From UHGV virus genome UHGV-0125383: a stretch of DNA of 29,406 nucleotides. One strand, 5' to 3'. Every line of letters begins with the position of its first letter. Positions within the stretch are counted from its first letter, which is position 1. The stretch comes from a virus. Under the pieces are notes generated by a model. That model saw only the letters and a program-made list of their open reading frames with translations. It made no database searches and was not told the DNA's origin. Made by a program: the position numbers and the translations under genes. Shown here piece by piece: positions 25,188 through 29,406 of the stretch.

Positions 25188-26189
25188 ATGTACCGATGGA
25201 TAAAAAGTAAAACTAAAACATTGCTTGGTGTTCTAGTTGGCATCTTGATCAGCCTGATAGTTACGAGAATTTTGTTGAATGTGAATGCAGTACAAACTGC
25301 ATCTTGGTTTTACGCAGTGTTTGATGCTGGACTAATGATTACGTTCGCAACATTTACAGCTCTATACAGCGTGTACAAAATCAGTAACAAATTTCCAGAT
25401 ACAAACCCACTGTTACCTCTTTTCGGAGTCATAGTTTGGGTGCTTTTCCTGCTGGCATACTATGTACTTCGATACAATAATACTTACCAAACTGCGCTTT
25501 CAATCATTGTTGCCGGTTCGATTGCTGGGATGGGATGGTGGATCCAATTCATTACTTCTGCAGCCAGTGATCGAAGAAAACATACTTTGAATGTTGTTCT
25601 TAGTACAAGAACATGTACCGAATACCAAACTCATTTGCGTAACTTCACACACTTATGGAGAGGCAATCGCCATGCTCCAAAAGAGCTATGTGTTTGGAGA
25701 GACGACCCTGATCATCCAAAATTCAAAGATGCTAAAGTCCCTGATGAAGTCGTAAATGGGATTAACGGATTAGTATACATTCTTAATTTCTTTGAATTTT
25801 TAGCCCAAGGAATTAAGGCTAACGACCTTGATGAGAAACTCCTCCGAGAGTGCTTTTGTGGGTTTTTAGAGGGGCTTGAAAGAAGAGCATTTTTCATTCT
25901 CCTCGAAGCACAAAAAAGAGATGAACGTTACTTTGAAGGCATTATTTTCCTGTGCAAACGTTGGAATAATGAAAAATCGTTAGTTGAAAAACATCGTCAC
26001 TCAGCACCTCCTGCTGATATAGGTATTTGCCATCCATCTCAAGCAGAAATCATGAAAATGCTCGGTATTAAAGATGTGACTAATTCAAAGCCGAAAAAAA
26101 GACGGAGACGCCGTTCCGCTATAGTTCAGCAAGCGGAAGCAGCGAATGTAGCGGAACTAAATCCAACGCAGTCAGCTGCACCTCAATAA
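25188..26189 (+). CDS. Membrane-anchored protein of unknown function (333 aa): four N-terminal transmembrane helices plus cytoplasmic domain; candidate moron/exclusion factor
   Basis: Track ORF in visibly AT-rich DNA between int and the tRNA fragment. Four hydrophobic helices in residues about 10-121, a roughly 200-aa soluble domain, and a basic tail (KPKKRRRRRS). No family recognised. Confidence 0.6.
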   Translation: MYRWIKSKTKTLLGVLVGILISLIVTRILLNVNAVQTASWFYAVFDAGLMITFATFTALYSVYKISNKFPDTNPLLPLFGVIVWVLFLLAYYVLRYNNTYQTALSIIVAGSIAGMGWWIQFITSAASDRRKHTLNVVLSTRTCTEYQTHLRNFTHLWRGNRHAPKELCVWRDDPDHPKFKDAKVPDEVVNGINGLVYILNFFEFLAQGIKANDLDEKLLRECFCGFLEGLERRAFFILLEAQKRDERYFEGIIFLCKRWNNEKSLVEKHRHSAPPADIGICHPSQAEIMKMLGIKDVTNSKPKKRRRRRSAIVQQAEAANVAELNPTQSAAPQ

Positions 26190-26324
26190 TTTACTGGGGA
26201 ATAACTACACCTTAAGTCATTGATGTATATAGAGCGGCTTTTGTAAAAAATGCACTGTTTGTTTATACATACGAATGGTTAGCAACGCCAGACACGGAGC
26301 GACTTACAGAGCTTTCAAAGCGGT

Positions 26325-26372
26325 GTCATGGGGTGTCGGGGGTCGGAGGTTCAAATCCTCTCGTGCCGACCA
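26325..26372 (+). tRNA. Partial tRNA-Pro gene: 3' 48 nt only (T-arm, acceptor 3' strand, CCA); att-core relic, not a functional tRNA
   Basis: GTCATGGGGTGTCGGGGGTCGGAGGTTCAAATCCTCTCGTGCCGACCA matches, from memory, the 3' part of enterobacterial proL (tRNA-Pro GGG). The 77 nt ending at 26372 cannot form an acceptor stem (5' side reads GGAGCGA, not CGGCACG), so the 5' half is absent. Confidence 0.7.
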
Positions 26373-26383
26373 AAATTCCCCAG

Positions 26384-26414
26384 AAAAACCAGCCTTTTAC
26401 GGCTGGTTTTTTTT
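26384..26414 (+). terminator. Bidirectional rho-independent terminator just 3' of the tRNA fragment
   Basis: AAAAA-CCAGCC-TTTTAC-GGCTGG-TTTTTTTT. Confidence 0.75.
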
Positions 26415-26505
26415 ATTATTGCCGTCCACCGAAATGGAATTCGATTCGAGTTATGGACGGAAATAATGTTACACTTCCGGTTTTGCACAGCCGATCTTAT
26501 TGCTT

Positions 26506-26868
26506 ATGTGGCATCACTTCATCAAGTACACCTCCGTAGGCGTGATCAACACATTGATTCACTGGATAGTTTTTGCTATCTGCATCTACGCCTTTCATAC
26601 CCATCAGGCGCTGGCGAATTTCCTGGGCTTCAGTGTGGCGGTCAGTTTTTCTTTTTACGCCAACGCCCGGTTTACCTTTAAGCAATCGACCACAACGCGT
26701 CGCTATCTGCTGTATGTCGGCTTTATGGGCCTGCTCAGTATCCTGACGGGTTGGGGGGCCGAACAGTGCGGTTTCCCACCGCTGGTGACGCTGGTCGCGT
26801 TCTCCGCCATTAGTCTCATTTGTGGCTTTATTTATTCCAGATTCATTGTATTCAAGGACGCACGATGA
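26506..26868 (+). CDS. gtrA: GtrA, bactoprenol-linked glucose translocase (flippase)
   Basis: Track ORF 26500..26868 starts at a TTG; the ATG at 26506 gives a 120-aa product [20 protein letters not shown]... closely resembling P22 GtrA (memory). Its stop overlaps the gtrB start (ATGA). Confidence 0.9.
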   Translation: MWHHFIKYTSVGVINTLIHWIVFAICIYAFHTHQALANFLGFSVAVSFSFYANARFTFKQSTTTRRYLLYVGFMGLLSILTGWGAEQCGFPPLVTLVAFSAISLICGFIYSRFIVFKDAR

Positions 26869-27812
26869 AAATTTCACTGGTCGTTCCTGTCTTCAACGAA
26901 GAAGAAACCATTGGCCTCTTTTACAAGACGGTGCGTGAATACGACGCACTGAAAGAACATGATGTCGAAATTGTGTTCATCAACGATGGTAGCACCGACG
27001 CAACGGAATCCATCATCAACGCCCTCGCCGTCGCCGACCCACTCGTTGTTCCGCTCTCGTTTACGCGAAATTTTGGTAAAGAACCGGCGCTGCTCGCCGG
27101 GCTCGACAATGCCAGTGGCGATGCCGTCATTCCGATGGATGTCGATCTCCAGGATCCTGTCGAAGTCCTGCCGCACTTGATTCAAAAATGGCAGGATGGG
27201 GCGGACATCGTGCTGGCTAAGCGTTCCGATCGCTCCGTCGATAGCCGCCTGAAGCGAAAATCCGCCGAGTGGTTTTATAAGCTACACAATAAAATCAGCA
27301 CGCCGCATATCGAAGAAAACGTCGGCGATTTTCGGCTGATGAGTCGTGAAGTGGTGGACAACATTAAACAAATGCCAGAACGAAATCTGTTCATGAAAGG
27401 GATTTTATCCTGGGTTGGCGGCAAAACTGACATCGTCCTCTACGCGCGCGCCACTCGCTGTGCCGGGAAAAGTAAATTCAACGGCTGGAAACTGTGGAAC
27501 CTTGCACTGGAAGGGATCACCTCTTTTTCTACCTTCCCTCTGCGTATCTGGACCTACATTGGTCTGGCGGTTGCCCTGCTTTCTTTCACCTACGGTGCAG
27601 GAATGGTGATAGATACGCTTCTGTGGGGAAATCCCGTGCGTGGCTATTCTTCCTTGATTGTGTCAATCCTGTTTCTGGGAGGCGTACAGCTTATTGGCAT
27701 TGGCGTGCTGGGTGAGTATATCGGACGAATCTATGTCGAAACCAAGCAGCGGCCTCGATACATTCTGAAAAAACGTAAAACTGTGGACCACGATTCAGAC
27801 AAGGATAACTGA
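26865..27812 (+). CDS. gtrB: GtrB, bactoprenol glucosyltransferase (GT2 family)
   Basis: Track ORF 26820..27812; the real start is the ATG at 26865 ([25 protein letters not shown]...), near-identical in character to phage GtrB (memory). 315 aa with C-terminal transmembrane segments. Confidence 0.95.
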   Translation: MKISLVVPVFNEEETIGLFYKTVREYDALKEHDVEIVFINDGSTDATESIINALAVADPLVVPLSFTRNFGKEPALLAGLDNASGDAVIPMDVDLQDPVEVLPHLIQKWQDGADIVLAKRSDRSVDSRLKRKSAEWFYKLHNKISTPHIEENVGDFRLMSREVVDNIKQMPERNLFMKGILSWVGGKTDIVLYARATRCAGKSKFNGWKLWNLALEGITSFSTFPLRIWTYIGLAVALLSFTYGAGMVIDTLLWGNPVRGYSSLIVSILFLGGVQLIGIGVLGEYIGRIYVETKQRPRYILKKRKTVDHDSDKDN

Positions 27813-29356
27813 TGTTAAAGCATGTTAATAAAAGCATTCTTTTAATTGCCTTTTTTGCAGTATTTATCCTGGAGTGGTTCACCCCTATTCACTCCGATGA
27901 TTACCGTTATGCCCTGCTTGGCATCTCATTTGATGCGCACCTGCATCACTACCTGACCTGGAGCGGGCGCATAGTGGCTGATTTTGTCAGCTCGCTTTTA
28001 CTCGCCACCGGATCTCGTGGATTTATCTCAACCATGACCGGCCTTGTCGTCGTTGCGTTCTGCTATTTCATTGTGAAAACGCCGACGGGCACGCTGAAAT
28101 GGAAAAAACATGACGCGCTGATCTTTACCCTTATTTTTCTGACCTTTTGGGTCGCTAACCCGAATATCGGACAAACGGTTTTCTGGATAGTCGGCAGCGC
28201 GAACTACCTGTGGACGAATCTGTTCGTCGCCGCATGGCTCTGGAACCTGTACCGCATACAGCTTCAGCGTGAAGAGCGTACACACATGGGTATGCTGTTG
28301 CTCGGGCTGTTGGCGGGCTGTTCCAATGAAAGCGTCGCGCCATTTGTCGTGGGTCTTGCCCTTCTGGCTATCGTGTACGATTACTGGCAAGCGAAACGCG
28401 TCTTTGCGAATAAGGTCGCGTATTTTTTGTCCGCACTGGTGGGCGCCAGTATTTTGATTTTCTCACCAGGCAATTTTATTCGCGCTCAGGGCGCTCATAC
28501 CGTCTGGTATGATAAATCGATCGTTGAAAGAATCACAATTCATCTGAGCGAGCGCTTCTTTAACCACCTGGCGCTGGTCTGGATTTCTTATGTCGTACTG
28601 GTCTTACTGGCAATGCTTCTGATCGTGGCCAAACGACAAGGCCATCGCATTAAAAGTGCGAATCTCAACATGGTCGGCTTAATGCTGTTGGTGGGGCTGG
28701 GAACCTCTTTAATTATGGTGGCCTCCCCGTCGTATCCTGACCGCGTCATGCTGTCGACATTTTTATTTTTCCTGCTTGCCCTCTCGTTCCTTGCACGGGA
28801 AGTCGTCACGGTAGCCGGACCACGTGTCATGAAAGGAGTCTATGTCGTTACGGGCCTGATGGCTGCGGTATTCATCTGGTCATACGCGTTAATGTATGCC
28901 GCTTACACGCGCGTTTATGAGCAGGATGTTGTTCGTGTGAATATCGTTAAGCGCCAACTCAGCCAGGGTCACAAGGACTTTACGGTGCCTGACTTCCACT
29001 TCCTGAAAATGCAAAACAGCGGAGGGCATTTCGGTTTCTTTCACGATCCGCAGGTCTATGGCCGTTATTTTGCCGCAGGGAATGTGGCGAAGAAAAAAGT
29101 TAACTTCGACTACTCCGTACTCGTCAACGGTAAGCAGCAAACCATCGATGACAATACCGTGGCCTGGTTCAATCACCGCGGTGATTTAATGCTGGTGAGC
29201 AAGCATCCATTAACCGGTACCGTGCAGGTGAAGACCGAATCGTCCGATACGTCGCGCTCGCTTACGCGCTTTACCGCCGCGAAAATTAACGATGAATACT
29301 GGTATTTCAGCGCCATACCTAAAGCAGAAGTGACTCACGTCGCGCTGCTGCCCTGA
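27812..29356 (+). CDS. gtrC: GtrC-type serotype-specific O-antigen glucosyltransferase (polytopic membrane protein)
   Basis: 514-aa multi-pass membrane ORF whose start overlaps the gtrB stop (TGATG); third gene of the gtr operon. Specificity cannot be inferred from sequence. Confidence 0.65.
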   Translation: MLKHVNKSILLIAFFAVFILEWFTPIHSDDYRYALLGISFDAHLHHYLTWSGRIVADFVSSLLLATGSRGFISTMTGLVVVAFCYFIVKTPTGTLKWKKHDALIFTLIFLTFWVANPNIGQTVFWIVGSANYLWTNLFVAAWLWNLYRIQLQREERTHMGMLLLGLLAGCSNESVAPFVVGLALLAIVYDYWQAKRVFANKVAYFLSALVGASILIFSPGNFIRAQGAHTVWYDKSIVERITIHLSERFFNHLALVWISYVVLVLLAMLLIVAKRQGHRIKSANLNMVGLMLLVGLGTSLIMVASPSYPDRVMLSTFLFFLLALSFLAREVVTVAGPRVMKGVYVVTGLMAAVFIWSYALMYAAYTRVYEQDVVRVNIVKRQLSQGHKDFTVPDFHFLKMQNSGGHFGFFHDPQVYGRYFAAGNVAKKKVNFDYSVLVNGKQQTIDDNTVAWFNHRGDLMLVSKHPLTGTVQVKTESSDTSRSLTRFTAAKINDEYWYFSAIPKAEVTHVALLP

Positions 29357-29357
29357 A

Positions 29358-29400
29358 TAAAAAAGCCTCTCATCACGATGAGAGGCTCTCCCCCTTTTCC
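29358..29400 (+). terminator. Rho-independent terminator after gtrC
   Basis: GCCTCTCATC-ACG-GATGAGAGGC (10-bp stem) followed by a pyrimidine/T-rich tract, immediately after the gtrC stop. Confidence 0.7.
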
Positions 29401-29406
29401 CGACAG

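Noticed and set aside
26296-26372. Complete tRNA-Pro gene
   Set aside because: Only the 3' 48 nt match tRNA-Pro; the upstream sequence cannot pair with the acceptor 3' strand, so no cloverleaf forms. Called an att-core fragment instead.
26275-26681. Track ORFs 26275..26466, 26328..26681, 26333..26539 and 26497..26877 (minus)
   Set aside because: They run across the tRNA fragment and terminator or antisense to gtrA; the gtrA frame has strong family support and the others do not.

Overview
The window reads as an enterobacterial lambdoid phage or prophage with a lambda-like gene order, followed by an AT-rich moron gene, a partial tRNA-Pro and a gtrABC O-antigen glucosylation operon. All calls come from reading the sequence and the ORF track by eye; no searches or computations were run, and family names rest on recalled motifs.

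Minus strand, left to right in coordinates: an HK97-type head and packaging module (major capsid protein truncated at the window start, prohead protease, portal, large and small terminase, HNH endonuclease), a lysis cassette (lambda S-like holin, endolysin, Rz with embedded Rz1), a DNA methyltransferase sitting between the late terminator and the holin, a Q-like antiterminator, a nin-like region (DUF968, ORF6N-type regulator, RusA), a LexA-DNA-binding-domain-only protein, a large C5-cytosine methyltransferase, a Dam-type methyltransferase, a replication initiator with internal iterons, and a Cro-like gene.

Plus strand from about 17.3 kb: a CI-type S24 repressor, an early-left operon (YfdQ-like and YfdR-like proteins plus hypotheticals), a lambda-type excisionase and integrase, then the moron, tRNA fragment and gtrABC.

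The candidates most worth a second look are:
- an AT-rich single-gene moron (333-aa membrane protein) preceded by an 11-codon leader ORF and an intrinsic terminator;
- a roughly 670-bp ORF-poor, strongly structured region in the early-left transcript;
- a LexA-DNA-binding-domain-only protein translationally coupled to a C5 methyltransferase that carries tandem TITAGG-like repeat modules;
- a 17-bp palindromic operator family (TGTACC-N5-GGTACA) found three times.

No CRISPR array, rRNA or complete tRNA gene was seen.
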